Positions 32,636 through 33,541 of a DNA stretch of 33,541 bases are shown here, one piece after another. Numbering within the stretch: position 1 is the stretch's first letter; the number at the start of each line of letters is the position of its first letter. Where the stretch lies: positions 29,768,436 to 29,801,976 of the forward strand of contig NC_068983.1 of assembly GCF_001194135.2 (NCBI RefSeq), written 5' to 3'. A program made the position numbers and the translations under genes. Below the pieces are notes generated by a model. The model saw only the letters and a list, made by a program, of their open reading frames with translations. It had not been told where the DNA came from and did no database searches. This DNA is from Octopus bimaculoides. Lineage: Eukaryota.

Positions 32636-33150
32636 ATATGACAGTGGGCTGAAAAGTTCATGAGTTAACTATGAAGGAGTGATGCTAGAGCTGTGAAATC
32701 TTGCGTACATTAATGTCAACTCTTATTAATAAATGCATTGTTTCTTTTCACGTAAACTGACATCTCAATGTTCAAAGGTTTCAAAAGTAGCTAGTAGCGA
32801 CTTCTCTTGATAATCGACAAAATTTGGCATTGCGTTGTCATCAAATACCTGCAGAAAAAGGGTTTAGCCCCCAAGGACATTCATGCTGACATGGCTGCTA
32901 CATTAGGGGATGACACTCCAGCTTTATCGGCAGTGCAAAAGCAGGCAACTGAATTTAGGAGGGGAAGGGAGAGTCTTGAAGATGACCCATGGTCTGTACA
33001 TCCTGTGACTGCTACCACCAAGAAAAACGTTGATTGTGTTCAACACATGCTGATGGATAACAGGCAATTGACCATAAATCAAATGGCCAATGCTATTAGC
33101 ACAACCCTTGAGAGAGTTGAGAATATTCTGCACAGTGAACTTGGCATAAC
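32636..33150 (+). mobile_element. mariner 5' fragment (TIR plus N-terminal HTH region of the transposase), probably irritans-like
   Basis: IDKIWHCVVIKYLQKKGLAPKDIHADM..TLGDD.PALSAVQK..EFRRGRESLEDDP..HPVTATT..NVD.V; TIR-like ACAGTGGGCTGAAAAGTTC; breaks off before the WVP motif. Confidence 0.85.
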
Positions 33151-33318
33151 GAAGCATTTTTCAAAAAGACAGCCAGTCAACTACAGTTAAAACACTTCAG
33201 TCAGACGGCACCTTGAAGACTGCTAGAAAGCAGGAAAGTATACTAGTACTTATATATTTAATATTCAATATTTCATTTATTCAATAAGACATTCAATACT
33301 TCATTTCATTTTACTATA

Positions 33319-33541
33319 TCTATACTATATATAAAACAGAGATGTGTGTGTAATCGCTTTTCACGTGAAATCGACTTCACTAAATGCTTCCATACTTGTC
33401 ATGCGAGAATAATTTGACCTCGGATAAATCTTAGGCTCTTCATTTGATTTTTTTAATTAAAAATAAATAATATTGCTTTATATTTAAGATTCACTTCTTT
33501 AAAAAGGTTCCTCAATGTCAACTTCCGGTAGCCATAGTTTT
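33319..33541 (+). mobile_element. Probable non-autonomous Helitron 5' end, running off the window
   Basis: A|TCTATACTATATATAAAA followed by a short (GT)n, a typical Helitron-like start; the 3' CTRR end is not visible. Confidence 0.5.

Noticed and set aside
1-33541. CRISPR array, operon or prokaryotic defence system
   Set aside because: No regularly spaced repeat-spacer array and no gene-dense region; the sequence is eukaryotic intronic DNA.

Overview
AT-rich, repeat-saturated eukaryotic DNA with eight N-gaps. It is almost certainly coleoid cephalopod (Octopus-like), judged from my recollection of the SINE families, which I cannot verify here. No prokaryotic system or CRISPR array is present, and most listed ORFs are microsatellite, gap or SINE artefacts. 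Reading splice signals by hand gives two probable host genes. (1) A + strand gene with five short exons (13356-13437, 18409-18524, 23739-23817, 29292-29324, 30604-), whose four junctions are all GT-AG, phase-compatible and stop-free; the product is unidentified. (2) A - strand ATG-bearing exon (3752-3480) with a Cdc25A-type DSGxxxDS degron-like motif. The introns hold three or more tRNA-SINE families, an RTE relic, RLE (R4/Dong-like) LINE relics, a TIR-complete DD41D (rosa/Visitor) Tc1/mariner, a mariner 5' fragment, pogo/Tc2-like MITEs, and hAT and Helitron ends. The most interesting patterns are: SINE-seeded microsatellites acting as landing pads for microsatellite-associated retroelements; a ~270-bp palindrome whose two arms jointly reconstruct a hammerhead-ribozyme core; inverted repeat pairs bracketing frame-preserving exon blocks; and an unexplained ~650-bp coding-like island.
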